A stretch of DNA of 50,275 nucleotides from Octopus bimaculoides. Its lineage: Eukaryota. This document shows positions 23,786 to 36,673 of the stretch, piece by piece; the stretch's first letter is position 1; every line of letters begins with the position of its first letter. The notes beneath the pieces were generated by a model that was given only the letters and a program-made list of their open reading frames with translations, ran no database searches and was not told the DNA's origin. The DNA lies in NCBI RefSeq assembly GCF_001194135.2, contig NC_068994.1, forward strand, positions 16,657,267 through 16,707,541, written 5' to 3'. The position numbers and the translations under genes are program-made.

Positions 23786-24100
23786 GATTTCTAGCATGGG
23801 TTGGACGATTTGACTGAGGACTGGTGAAACCAGGGAGGCGACACCAGGCCCCAATCTGATTTGGCAGAGTTTCTACAACTGGATGCCCTTCCTAACGTCA
23901 ACCACTCCAAGAGTGTAATGGATGTTTTACGTGCCACCGGCACGAGGGCCAGTCAGGCGGTACTGGCGACGGCCACGCTCGAAATGGTGTATTTTACGTG
24001 CCACCTGCACAGGAGCCAGTCCATCAGCACTGGCAACGATCTCGCTCAAATGTCTTTTCACGTGCCAGGGAGGCGACGTTGGTAACGATCAACAGCCATG
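23783..24100 (-). mobile_element. Family D repeat abutting a (CT)n tract
   Basis: Standard body with a truncated tail. An older relative lies at about 23085-23300. Confidence 0.88.
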
Positions 24101-24139
24101 GCAGATTATCAGAAGTGCCAGAACATTGTCGATGCCTTG

Positions 24140-24610
24140 TGGTATTTGTTCTAACTCTTCTCTATTTGGATTCAAATTCTGCTGCGGTTAGCTTTATCTT
24201 TCACCCCTCAGGAATATGATAAAATAAGAGTACCACTTGTCAAGTCCTGGGGTCGATGTTATTGACTAATCTCCTCACCTCACTATTGCTGGCCTTGTGC
24301 CTAAATCAGAAACAAATTATTAGAGCAATTAATTGGCAGAGTTAGAAAACCAGATGACAGAATAAAATACCTTGCTGTATTTAGTTATGCTTACATTCTG
24401 AGTTCAAATCCCACTGGGTTTTTATTCACCCTAGAAGGAGTCAATAAAATAAAAGTACCAGTCAGTACTGGTGTTGATTTTAATTGACTAGCTCTTCACC
24501 TCTAATTTGTAATCAGAATCACCAAAGTGTGAGACAATATGTTTTGCAGTTTTTAGTTCTTTACACTCTGTGTTCAAATCCTACTAAGGTCCTATTACCT
24601 TTCACCCCTC
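24140..24610 (+). mobile_element. Three tandem degenerate family B copies
   Basis: Repeated GAGTTCAAATCC / CCTTTCACCC motifs. Confidence 0.7.
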
Positions 24611-25176
24611 TAGGTTGGTTGGCACTCCATTGGTTACGACGACGAGGGTTCCAGTTGATCCGATCAACGGAACAGCTTGCTCATGAAATTAACGTGCAAG
24701 TGGCTGAGCACTCCACAGACACGTGTACCCTTAATGTAGTTCTCGGGGGAGATTCAGCGTGACACAGAGTGTGACAAGGCTGGCCCTTTGAAATACAGGT
24801 ACAAAGGAGTAATGGTAGTGTGAGAGACACGACATATATTCTGGTTAGTTTTCAATGTGTTTAGTTTGCAACTGGTTTGAATCATAAATTCAAACCATTA
24901 GAATCATGTTGCAAATGTTGTTTTAACAGATTAAGCAAATCTGTGATCAAGATTGTTCCAACTTTGACCATCCTCTCTTTGTATACGTCTTGGACCACAT
25001 TAACAGATGTACATCCTTTTTGGAGAATAGCAGGGTATGATTGAAGAGAGATTTGGCTTTTGATTCTAGTAAATTAAACAACCACATTGAAGCTCTTTTG
25101 TTGGCCTGTGTCACTTATGTTATTAGAGTTAACTAAAACTTCACATCTTACCCTAATACCTGCAGGTGTGTGTGTG

Positions 25177-25510
25177 TCATCATCATCATCATCGTTTAAC
25201 GTCCGCTTTCCATGCTAGCATGGGTTGGACGATTTGACTGAGGACTGGTGAAACCGGATGGCAACACCAGGCTCCAGTCTGATTTGGCAGAGTTTCTACA
25301 GCTGGATGCCCTTCCTAACGCCAACCACTCAGAGAGTGTAGTGGGTGCTTTTACGTGTCACCCGCACGAAAACGGCCACGCTCGAAATGGTGTCTTTTAT
25401 GTGCCACCCGCACAAGCCAGTCCAGGGGCGCTGGCAACGATCTCGCTCGAAAATCCTACAGGAGCCAGTCAGGCGGTACTGGCAACGGCCACGCTCAAAA
25501 TGGTGCATCT
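25177..25510 (-). mobile_element. Family D repeat with rearranged 5' modules
   Basis: The GCCAGTCAGGCGGTACTGGC segment is displaced relative to other copies. Confidence 0.9.
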
Positions 25511-26780
25511 CATGTGATATATATATATATATATATAGTATATGTATACTATATTTTGTTGTATCTTACTGAGGAGACAAAGTATATTTTTTATACACAC
25601 CTGGGTTTCTGGCTCTGGGATTATCCAGTAATTTGCTAGTTTATTTGTTTATTTGTCTTTTCACCTTGTGCTGTATGAATACTTGATGTGGCTTTAGACT
25701 CAGGCTTGACTGCCATCTCTAGCATGGTGGTATCTCTTAGATACCCTCAATTATAATTTTAATAATATTTATAACCTACAAGGTTTTTCTTCTCATGCTG
25801 GCCACTTGATATGATTGTTATTTTAAATAACGGTCTTATCCTTATTTATATAAAAATTTATGCATATATATATGTATTTATAATACTAAGAGTTTAGTCA
25901 TTCATATGATTTGTTTTATACTTGACTGTACAATATTATTCTGTTTTCTTAATTTAAGAAATACATTACAAGGGTAAAAATATTTAGAAAAATTAACACT
26001 CAATCTTTTTATTGAAGGTTAGTTGGCACATTTACAAATTTCTGTAACCTGTTATTTCTATTGTGTTGACCTAAATTGCTAGTGTTTAGTGTAACTTTCT
26101 TTTGAACTCATGAACAAATAATTAAATAATACTTATGATATTTGGATTTAGTTTTATACATAAACAAAAGGCAAAACAATAAATCATATGGAAAAGACAT
26201 TGAGAATATTTAATTAATGGATAATATATTTGATTTAATAACAGAAAGCATTCATTACTTCATTTCAATTATTTGTGCATTTCTCAATTAACAAGAAAAA
26301 ATATTCTAGCCATGTAGTCTTTTATTTAGATATGATGAAGGATTCACTTGTCAAGTTAAATATATGAGCATTCAGTTGTTTGATTATCTAAACAATCTTT
26401 TCTGTGAATTAGTATGTGAAGTGACAGGGTATTTTACATGCACATGTACCATTACCCTTAGCATTATTGTCTTATCAGTGAACAAGTTAGTTGGTTCATT
26501 AAATATGTCCAAATTGTTATTCTTTCCAAAATTAATAGAAACACATACACAGTGTTATTCATTAGAAATATGGTTGCAAAAGGACTGATGCAGGAAGAAT
26601 CAAAAGAGATAACTTGGGGGTAAAAAAAAGTATGTGGCAAAGAACAAAACAAAATCATCATTGACTAATTTAAGTTAAAGTCTTTTGGTAAATGTGGGAG
26701 ACAACACTAAGTTTCTGATTTATTATGGCCTCCTCAACAAATCATAGACTTCACCATACTTGCTGAAGTTGTGATGAGGT

Positions 26781-27154
26781 TGTTGTATGTGTTGTTGGCA
26801 CTCTGTCGCTTACGACGTCTAGGGTTCCAGTTGATCTGATCAACGGAACAGCCTGCTCGTGAAATTAACGTGCAAGTGGCTGAGCACTCCACAGACACGT
26901 GTACCCTTAACGTAGTTCTCGGGGATATTCAGCGTGACACAGTGTGACAGGCACAACAGAAACAGGAAGAAAGAGTGAGAGAAAGTTGTGGTGAAAGAGT
27001 ACAGCAGGGTTCGCCACCATCCCCTGCCGGAGCCTCGTGGAGCTTTAGGTGTTTTCGCTCAATAAACACTCACAACGCCCGATCCGGGAATCGAAACCGC
27101 GATCCTATGACCGCGAGTCTGCTGCCCTAACCGCTGGGCCATTGTGCCTCCACA
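26781..27154 (-). mobile_element. SINE family C (tRNA-derived head), full length
   Basis: 12-bp TSD TTGTGATGAGGT at 26769-26780 and 27155-27166; (ACA)n-like tail; internal deletion of about 20 nt relative to the 49967 copy. Confidence 0.92.
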
Positions 27155-27362
27155 TTGTGATGAGGTAGGAACTAAGTAAATGTATAATAATGTACACTTG
27201 TAGGCATTAGTCCACTTACACACTTACACTGTATATTTCATAAGAGCTAAGTTCAACAAAAGTCATTCTATACTTCATAGTTGCTTTTGACTCAACTGTT
27301 TTAGTTTTATTTATTTTTTTAGTTTAAGTAATATCTAGTTTTTTTTTATTCCATGGCTTATC

Positions 27363-27584
27363 TTAACCCTTTAGCATTCAGGTTACTCTGTCAAATGTAA
27401 TGCTTATTTATTTACATTGTTTTAAATTAATCATACATCATCTCATAGCTTCAAGATTTTAATGATTATTTATTTTTAGAATGACATGGTAGGATAGGTG
27501 CAAGAGGCTAGAGCTGGTCATTTTGAACACAAAATAAGGTTAAATATTTGGACTAGATATGGTAGGTTTAAATGCTAAAGGGTA
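27363..27584 (-). mobile_element. piggyBac-type MITE family M1
   Basis: TTAACCCTTTAGCATTCAG...AATGCTAAAGGG. Confidence 0.85.
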
Positions 27585-27682
27585 CCATCCAAGAAAACAA
27601 GTGTGGTCTCCATATCCATTTTTTATTAGAATAGTTTAGCTTTGGGCCCAATACCCAGTGGTCACTTCAGTAAAACCACATG

Positions 27683-27920
27683 TTTACTCTTTTACTCTTT
27701 TACTTGTTTCAGTCATTTGACTGTGGCCATGCTGGAGCACCGCCTTTAGTCGAGCAAATCAACCCCAGGACTTATTCTTTGGAAGCCTAGTACTTATTCT
27801 ATTGGTCTCTTTTGCCGAACCGCTAAGTTACGGGGACATAAACACACCAGTATCGGTTGTCAAGCGATGTTGGGGGGGGGGGGACAAACATATACACACA
27901 TACATACATACATACATATC

Positions 27921-27954
<34 letters not shown>

Positions 27955-28120
27955 TACGACAGGCTTCTTTCAGTTTCCGTCTACCAAATCCACTCACAAG
28001 GCTTTGGTCGGCCCGAAGCTGTAGTAGAAGACACTTGCCCAAAGTGCCACGCAGTGGGACTGAACCCAGAACTATGTGGCTGGTAAGCAAGCTACTTACC
28101 ACACAGCCACTCATATGCCT
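27683..28120 (-). mobile_element. SINE family A, full length
   Basis: (ACTCTTTT)n tail at left and head at right. Confidence 0.9.
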
Positions 28121-28739
28121 ATATGTTATTAAATTTTTATACTTTAATTCGTGTAAAGTTTTCATATTTTGTTTTTTGTTGGTTTTTTTTTTGTCTGTTT
28201 TACCATTCTAACATGAGTTTCATTATGCTTTTTGAGGTAGTGTTTTACAACTGGATTCTCTTCCTCATACCAGCCCTTTAGTCATCTCCTGTAACATGCA
28301 GGGATATTGCATCTGTTTAATCTAAAAACAAAGATTGTATTGCTGTTTTATTGTTCAGCTCAGAACATGTAATAACATCAAAAAGCTATTGTTATTGAGT
28401 TCTTAATGTCATATAAAGTCAATAATCCAGTGTTATAGTCGGACATTAACACATGTGCCACATCACATTTTCTTGGTAATATCTAGTTTTAATGTTACCC
28501 TACTTTGATTCTATTTGTCAGTAACTTTAGGCATTGCCATGGGTAAAATGGAAAAATAAGACGTTCAAAATACAGTACTAGGTACTTTACATGTATGAAC
28601 GGCATTCACCCTACAAATGAGGACAGCAGACATAAACAGACTGGTGTTAGCTTGGATTTTCCATTATTCTAGACACCATTATTTTATAGGTTTACATCAT
28701 CATCCTTATCATATATGTGTGTGTGTGCCCGCGGCATGT

Positions 28740-29039
28740 GTAAGGACTTTCGAGCGAGATCGTTGCCAGTGCCCCTGGACTGGCTCTTGTGTGGGTGGCA
28801 CATAAAATATACCGCTTTGAGCGTGGCCGTTGCCAGTACCGCCTGACTGGCCTTTGTGCCAGTGGCACGTAAAAAGCACCCACTACACTCTCTGAGTGGT
28901 TGGCGTTAGGAAGGGCATCCAGCTGTAGAAACTCTGCCAAATCAGATTGGAGCCTGGTGTAGCCATCTGGTTTCACCAGTCCTCGGTCAAATCGTCCAAC
29001 CCATGCTAGCATGGAAAGCAGACGTTAAACGACGATGAT
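28740..29039 (+). mobile_element. Family D repeat
   Basis: Complete two-module 5' part, core and tail; ends about 300 bp upstream of exon 2. Confidence 0.9.
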
Positions 29040-29341
29040 ATATATATATATATATACGTATGTATTGTCATTTAAAATCCACTTTTTCATATTTGCATAG
29101 GTCAGATGGAATTTATTAAGGCAGATTTTTCTATCACTAGATGCTCTTCCTCTTGCCAACCCTCATTTGCACTATAACTTCTTTGCATACTACCAGCTGT
29201 CACTCTCACTTCTGGACCCTCTCAAGTGCCAATATCACCTACTCTTAGCTTTATCTCGTCACCCGCCCTTACCTCTGCTATTGCTCTGTATGTATTTATG
29301 TATGTATATGAACAATTTTGTTTTTGTTTTTGATGATTTAG

Positions 29342-29468
29342 TGATGATGACAATAACAGATGAAGAGTATGAGACTCAGTATTTACCTCAGTTGATGGAT
29401 GCAATCAATCAACTCCTCACCATTGCTCCAGGAACGTACATCCCAATCTCTTATGAACAAATGTATAG
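29342..29468 (+). CDS. CACUL1: CACUL1 coding exon 2
   Basis: TTTAG acceptor and AG|GTGAGT donor. Encodes MMTITDEEYETQYLPQLMDAINQLLTIAPGTYIPISYEQMY(S), matching the recalled CACUL1 motif YIPISYEQxYS (cullin repeat 1). Confidence 0.93.
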
Positions 29469-29664
29469 GTGAGTTATCTCTGTCAGTCTTTCATTTAGTT
29501 TATTTTAAAGCGTTTTAGAGCAGTAACTCCAAATAAAAACTAATACTTAGTGGAGGATATGTCATAGTTTTGTCTTATTGTGTGTCAGTAATAACAGATT
29601 CATTCAACCCATCATGCTTGTGTAGAGAAACTGAATGCATATGATGATAATATAAAAGTAAGTT

Positions 29665-29865
29665 AAGGTGGCAAGCTGGCAGAAACGTTAGCACGTCAGG
29701 CGAAATGTTTAGCAGTATTTTATTTGTCTTTACATTCTGAGTTCAAATTCCGCTGAGGTTGACTTTGCCTTTTATCCTATAGGGGTCAATAAATTAAGTA
29801 CTAGTTGCGTACTGGCCCCTCTCCCCAAAAAGTTTGGGCCTTGTGCTTGGAGTAGAAAAGAATAT
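29665..29865 (+). mobile_element. SINE family B
   Basis: Standard head and body. Confidence 0.85.
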
Positions 29866-30570
29866 AAAAGTAGGTTATAGTGGAACATTGCTTTCTGCAT
29901 GCAACTGTATTGTGAATAGAAAGAAAATTCATCAACCAAATTTGCTCAAGGCAGGCAGTTCTTGTGATCAAGTTCTCCCAGAAGTTTCAAATTTCAAATC
30001 AATCCAAATTGAGTTTATTCTGTCACTTCCAATCAAATTCCAACATTGGACTTCTATTGGGACAACTACCACAATAATTACATGATATAAACAGTTTTTC
30101 TTCTTTATTCTTCCAAGTCTTCTAATAAAAAAGCAATTACTGTCTCCTTCAGAGATTATGTCCATTTAGCCGTCAGTTCTGATCTTTGAAAAGTCTTCTT
30201 TATTTTTATCTTCAAACTTCCAACTTTTCAATTGTTAAATATTAATTTTATAAAATATATATCAAAGCTAAATATTATAAATTTTGAATGGAGTGTTGAG
30301 ACTATAAATTGTATACTTTACAAAATGTGGATTCACTTTAAAGAGAAGGACCCCTTTGAAGATGTAAATATACATATGTATATATTTTGTGTTTGTGAGA
30401 GAGAGAGGGGGAGAGAGAGGAGGAGGAAGAGACAGAGAGATAGTATGTATGAGAAAGTGAGAGATAATGTGTGAGAAAGAGAGTGTGTATGTATGTGTAA
30501 AGTCAATAATAATTGTAAAAACTTATGTAAAAAAAAATCAAGATTTTAAAAAATGTTAGAAATCAATAAT

Positions 30571-30690
30571 TATAAAAAGCCAGCATATTTAGTATTCTGT
30601 GAATGAACCATATACAATTGTTTTATATTCTTCAAAGTCCCATTTGTCAGTTCTGGGTAAACACTTCTTAGAGCCTCTCTAAGACACTTG
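30571..30690 (+). pseudogene. Decayed duplicate of the exon 3 acceptor region plus the start of exon 3 (pseudo-exon)
   Basis: Aligns by eye with 35328-35460 (TATAAAA(A)GCCAGCAT...ATGAACCATATAC..TTGTTTT...AAAGTCC...TCAG|TT...GTAAACA.TTCT.AGAGC), with about 14 nt deleted after the AG. Confidence 0.8.
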
Positions 30691-30850
30691 GGTGTTTACT
30701 TATCTGACTATTTATATTCATGCATTTGTGCTTGTTCCTACTTAATACTAGTTTAGAATAAGATTGTGCTCCTAACATTGTATACTTTTGCTAACATTAA
30801 TCAGTAATCAATGATGGCACCAGCCTTTCCTCATGAAGAGGTAGCTTTTT

Positions 30851-31786
30851 ATGATCAGAAGCATCAGTTGTGGCGTGCAAGAGAGACGATTGCGCTGGTA
30901 TGGNNNNNNNNNNNNNNNNNNNNNNNNNNNNNNNNNNNNNNNNNNNNNNNNNNNNNNNNNNNNNNNNNNNNNNNNNNNNNNNNNNNNNNNNNNNNNNNNN
31001 NNNNNNNNNNNNNNNNNNNNNNNNNNNNNNNNNNNNNNNNNNNNNNNNNNNNNNNNNNNNNNNNNNNNNNNNNNNNNNNNNNNNNNNNNNNNNNNNNNNN
31101 NNNNNNNNNNNNNNNNNNNNNNNNNNNNNNNNNNNNNNNNNNNNNNNNNNNNNNNNNNNNNNNNNNNNNNNNNNNNNNNNNNNNNNNNNNNNNNNNNNNN
31201 NNNNNNNNNNNNNNNNNNNNNNNNNNNNNNNNNNNNNNNNNNNNNNNNNNNNNNNNNNNNNNNNNNNNNNNNNNNNNNNNNNNNNNNNNNNNNNNNNNNN
31301 NNNNNNNNNNNNNNNNNNNNNNNNNNNNNNNNNNNNNNNNNNNNNNNNNNNNNNNNNNNNNNNNNNNNNNNNNNNNNNNNNNNNNNNNNNNNNNNNNNNN
31401 NNNNNNNNNNNNNNNNNNNNNNNNNNNNNNNNNNNNNNNNNNNNNNNNNNNNNNNNNNNNNNNNNNNNNNNNNNNNNNNNNNNNNNNNNNNNNNNNNNNN
31501 NNNNNNNNNNNNNNNNNNNNNNNNNNNNNNNNNNNNNNNNNNNNNNNNNNNNNNNNNNNNNNNNNNNNNNNNNNNNNNNNNNNNNNNNNNNNNNNNNNNN
31601 NNNNNNNNNNNNNNNNNNNNNNNNNNNNNNNNNNNNNNNNNNNNNNNNNNNNNNNNNNNNNNNNNNNNNNNNNNNNNNNNNNNNNNNNNNNNNNNNNNNN
31701 NNNNNNNNNNNNNNNNNNNNNNNNNNNNNNNNNNNNNNNNNTAGCATGGAAAGCGGACGTTAAACGATGATGATGATGATGATGAT
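30851..31786 (+). mobile_element. RTE LINE 3' fragment spanning an assembly gap
   Basis: Left of the gap the sequence translates to IRSISCGVQERRLRWY (RTE C-terminal RRLRWxGH motif). Right of the gap is the tail TAGCATGGAAAGCGGACGTTAAAC(GAT)n. Confidence 0.65.
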
Positions 31787-32201
31787 GCAATGCTAAACTA
31801 TAATATATATATATATCTTAATATAATAATGAGCATAGTGCTTTTATATATTTGTATATATATATATATACATATTTGTACAAAATCACAGTAGGATTAG
31901 GATGGAGTAGGAGAAAGAGTAGTATAAGTGGAGGGAGACGAGAGAAAATAGTAATTCAGTGAAGGAAAAGTAGTGAGAGTAATAGCCCTGACTGAATGAG
32001 AGTGAGAGAAGTCATTGCAATGAGAGAAAGGAAGTGGCAAAAAGGGCGCGTCGTGTATCTTCTATTTTTCTCAATCACAACATATGAAGGAGAAAGGAAG
32101 GGGTAATAGATGAATATCAAAGGAAGGAGTGAAAAAAAAATCAGCGTCTCAACTCCATGTGAATATATGTGTGTGTATGTAAAAGGGAAGTATGTGAATG
32201 C

Positions 32202-32236
<35 letters not shown>

Positions 32237-32449
32237 CAATGGAAATGGGACAGTGAATGTTCAATGCTGAAAAGAAAAATCAAACAGCATTTCAACTCTG
32301 TTTGAGTATATGTGTGTATGTCTGTGCATGTACAAGGGAAGTATGTGAATGTTTGTATCTGTGATTATTATGTACCCTATTTTGTACCTTACTTATAATA
32401 TATAAAATACTGTAATTAACCGTCATTTTCGATGGCACAGGGTCAGGTA

Positions 32450-32454
<5 letters not shown>

Positions 32455-32530
<76 letters not shown>
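32455..32530. repeat. (TA)n microsatellite
   Basis: Direct inspection. Confidence 0.98.
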
Positions 32531-32533
<3 letters not shown>

Positions 32534-33584
32534 GTGAGTAGCTAGCAGAGTACCCATCATTTGGGTAATTACTACTTCCGAGGTTCTACTAGTTAGGAAA
32601 GATATATAGCCTGGATTTTATCTACTCCATTCCCTACTATATATATAATATTGTTCATTGTTACAAAAAATATAGAACTGCTTAAGAAGTGCTTGAGTCA
32701 AACCCAAGACAAAAGATAAGAATTAAGATATAAACTTAAATTAGGCAATCATACACATACAGTTATAAATTCGACTTAAAATGTGCATACATGTATTGAA
32801 CATATTGACACATATGAATATTTTAAAAAAGTATTTATAAATATAAATATATATATAAATATACATAAAAATACATGTAAATAAAACCCTTGTGGGATAC
32901 CTATGGAAGGAAGTGTGAGAAAAAGAGAACTGATAAAAAAATTTTGTACTAAAATTAAGAATGGTTAAGAGTTTCAGTTAAAAGATCCATAAAGTTCAAT
33001 GTGTTTTTTAAAATATATAAATAGTATATAAGGTATATATATTAGTTCAAGGAAGTCCACTTTCCACGGCCATTTCCAGAGTTCATGTCCTGGTAGAAAA
33101 ATTAATAAAAAATCTTACAAACCAGTGAAGTGTGAAGATGTATGTATATGTGTGTGTGTGTGTGTGTTTTCATCATTTAATGTCCACTTTTCTATGCTTG
33201 CATAGGTCAGTCAGAATTTGTTGAGGTAGATTTTCTATGACTGGATGCCCTTTCTGTTGCCAACCTTCCCCTATTTCCATGCTAGGCAAAATATCCCCAT
33301 AGCTAAGCATGCTTTTTAAAAATAACTGGAAACAAACAGCTTCACTTGTATGTGTGGCACTTTGGGTACACAAATACACACACACACATACATGCATCCA
33401 TATATACAATGAGCTTCTTTCAGTTTCCATCTACCAAATCTACTCACAAGGCTTTGATGGCCCAAAGTTTATAGTAGAAGGTATATGCCCAAAGTGCCAC
33501 ACAATGGGGCTGATCCCAAGACCCTGTGGTAGGGAAGCAAATTTCCTACCATACAGTTATGTTTGTGCTTATCTATACATACAT

Positions 33585-33850
33585 TGACCGGCTTCCGTGT
33601 TAGAGGCACATAAAAAGCACCATTCGAGCGTGGTTGATGCCAGTGCTGCCTGACTGGCTCTAGTGCTGGTTGCATGTAAAAAACACCCACTACACTCTTT
33701 GAGTGATTGGCATTAGGAAAGGTATCCAGCTGTAGAAACCATGCCAGATCGGATTGGAGCCTGGTGCAGTCTCCTGGCTTGCTAATCCTCAGTCAAACTG
33801 TCCAACCCATGCCAGCATGGAAAGCGGACGTTAAACGATGTTGATGATGA
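33585..33850 (+). mobile_element. Family D repeat, diverged
   Basis: Core and tail motifs. Confidence 0.8.
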
Positions 33851-33852
33851 TA

Positions 33853-34014
33853 TAGGTGCAGGTGTTGTTGTGAGGTAAGAATTTTGCTTCTCAACCACGT
33901 GATTCTGGGTTCAGTCCCACAGTGTAGCACCTTGGGCAAGTGTCATCTACTATATAACCAAAGCCTTGTGAGTGGATTTGGTAGACAGAAACTGAAGGAA
34001 GCCCGTCATATATA

Positions 34015-34049
<35 letters not shown>

Positions 34050-34598
34050 GCTTCACGGAGACAATGACTGAGATCTTTGGCATTATGTCGTGCTTGAGAA
34101 GAAGACCCATCTAGGCGAGCAAAATCGCAGTTGTGGCAGATACTGGTGTCATTCAGATTGGTGCCTGTGCCAGTGGCATGTAAAAGCATACCAGTGTCAC
34201 GCAAATAGCATCCATGCTGGTGGCATGTAAAAGCAGCCATTACACTGTTGGAGTAGTTGGTGTTAGGAAGGGCATCCAGCCATAGAAAATCATGCACAGC
34301 CTTCCAGTGTGCCAACCTAGTCAAACCATCCAACCCATGCCAGCATGAACAATGGACGTTAAATGATGATGTGTGTGTCTTCATATCTGTGTTTGTCCCC
34401 ACATCACTGCTTGACAACTGGTGTTGGTGTGCTTACATTCCTGTGACTTAGTGGTTCAGCAAACAGGCCTATAGAATAAGTACCAGGCTTTAAAAAAAAT
34501 TATTCCTAGGTTTGATTTGTTTGACTAAAACTTTTCTAAGTGGTGCTCCAGCATGGCCGCAGGCCACAGTCAAATGATTGAAGCAAGTAGAAGGATAA
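33853..34598 (+). mobile_element. SINE family A interrupted by a family D element (34047-34370) in its internal (TG)n
   Basis: A head at 33853-34020, then the D body ending in the RTE-type tail, then the A tail resuming at 34371. Confidence 0.8.
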
Positions 34599-34927
34599 AA
34601 GGATATATATATATAGGGAGAATTCACAAAAAAAAAAACAGACGAATACAGGTGGTGTAGAAAACAAATAGCTGTATTAGCATAATGCTTGGGAATTGAA
34701 AAAGTCTTTAAAGTTTCAAGCCTACACTCTTCCAAAGCTCTATTTCACATTTTGTCCATCTACAGTTGGAGACCTATTTTTGGAAAATGACAATCCCATG
34801 AGTGATGCAGTGAAAGTGTTTATTTTGTTTGTTTGCTTTTTTGGAATGATTTGCTTTTGAGAGTTAAATATATTAATATATTAAAAAAAAAAACAATCAA
34901 AATGTACTTTAATATTTAAATTAGTGA

Positions 34928-35148
34928 GGGTTGTAAGCTGGCAGAATTGTTAGCATGCTGGGCAAAATGCTTAGCAGCATTTCATCCATCTTTACATTCT
35001 GAGTTCAAATTCCACTGTGGTTAATATATCTTTCATCTTGTCAGGATCAATAAAATAAGTGCCAGCTGATCATTGGGATCGATGTAATCAACTTATCCCC
35101 CTCCCATGAAATTGCTGGCCTTGTGCCAAAATTTTGTAACCAATATTT
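34928..35148 (+). mobile_element. SINE family B
   Basis: Standard head and body. Confidence 0.85.
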
Positions 35149-35402
35149 AAATTAGTGGTATTTTAGTATGTATTTCATAATTGTGCAGCTTACTAAGTGG
35201 AAGATCTCTGAAAAATGCCTGTTGGTAGTGAACAGAAGACCATGTGTATATCCATAAACACATGTTTGTGTTTAGTGTGCGTGTGTGGTTGTGTATGTGC
35301 GTGTGTTTTTGAAACCATGCCAAACACTATAAAAGCCAGCATTTTTGTAGTCTATGAACCATATACCATTGTTTTAAATTCCTAAAAGTCCTGTCTTTTC
35401 AG

Positions 35403-35511
35403 TTGTGTCTACAAATGTGTGTGTAAACAATTCTCAGAGCGGCTCTATACAGACCTGATCAATCACATCCGCCGCCACTTAGGCCAGGTTGATTCCCATC
35501 TAAAGGAGTGT
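35403..35511 (+). CDS. CACUL1: CACUL1 coding exon 3
   Basis: TTTTCAG acceptor and GTAAGT donor at 35512. Encodes CVYKCVCKQFSERLYTDLINHIRRHLGQVDSHLKEC; phase 2 in, phase 0 out. Confidence 0.93.
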
Positions 35512-35985
35512 GTAAGTAACTGTGCCTTGAGTTTTTTTGTTACACCATTTCTCTCTCTCTCTCTCTCACACACACACAGGCACACACTCACGCATACTCA
35601 CACACACATGCTTAGGCAACAGATACACAAATGCACTAGTACAGATTGCGTGCATACACACATACACACATGAACATATACAAGAAAACATGAAAATTTC
35701 TTTGTTTCACCTGATAAATGGGCTGTTGGGGTCGTTGAGGAATTTAGAAGAGATAATTAGGGATAGACAGGCATACCTCAACATATGAACATTTTAAGTT
35801 ACATCTTTTTCGACTGGGCTGTTTTTTTTTTTGTGTCTTTTTGCGAGAAATTAATGGTAAAGATAAATCTCAACTTCAGTCAGTTTATCTGACTTTATGT
35901 TGGTCTCAGTGAACATCTAAAAACATGAAAATCAAATAAAATACATGTGAAAATATATACAAATCATTTATTAAAACAGGTATTC

Positions 35986-36391
35986 TTTTTTATTCTTTTA
36001 CTTGTTTCAGTCATTAGACTGCTGCCATGCTGGAGCACCGCCATGAAGAATTTTAGTCGAGATTGACTCCAATACTCATTTTTTAAAGCCTGGCACTTAG
36101 TCTATCGGTTTCTTATGCCATGCCACAAAGTTACAGGGATGTAAATGAACTAACACCGGTTGTCAAGTGGTAGTGGTGGTGATGATGATGTGAGACAAAT
36201 ACACACACATATATATACATACATATACAACATGCTTCATTCAGTTTCTGTCTACCAAATCCACTCACAAGGCTTTGGTCAGCCTGAGGCTATAGTAGAA
36301 GACACTTACCCATTCTGCCATGCAGTGGAACTGAACCTAGGACCATGTGGTTGGGAAGCAAACTTCATACCACAAAGCCAGCCCTCTGCCT
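35986..36391 (-). mobile_element. SINE family A, diverged
   Basis: Reverse-complement head and tail motifs. Confidence 0.85.
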
Positions 36392-36673
36392 ATATCCAGA
36401 AAGCTTCTATTGTCTCTCTTGAAGCAATGAGTAAATAACTCAGAAATTGGTCACCTGGATAATTCTCTTGGACTGGTCAGAAGTACAGTACATTATTTAC
36501 AAAGGGTAGTTAGTATAGAATGGGTGGAGCTCTGACCAGTTAGCTAAGTTAAAGTGCAGAAATTTGTTCAAGGGACAAGAGTTGTACTCTAGGAAAGAAT
36601 GGTGTTGGTTGCTATGATTAAGTAGTGATCAACCACTCGAGAGGGAAAGGGGCTATGATTTCTGAATAAAGTA

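Noticed and set aside
23202-23854. 203-aa and overlapping ORFs
   Set aside because: Kept open by (CT)n low complexity and a D-like repeat; no domain.
31795-32600. Possible Helitron ends (ATCTTAATATATAATGAGCA, shared with about 44435; ACCCATCATTTGGGT hairpin then CTAGT)
   Set aside because: The motifs are suggestive, but I could not define a coherent element.
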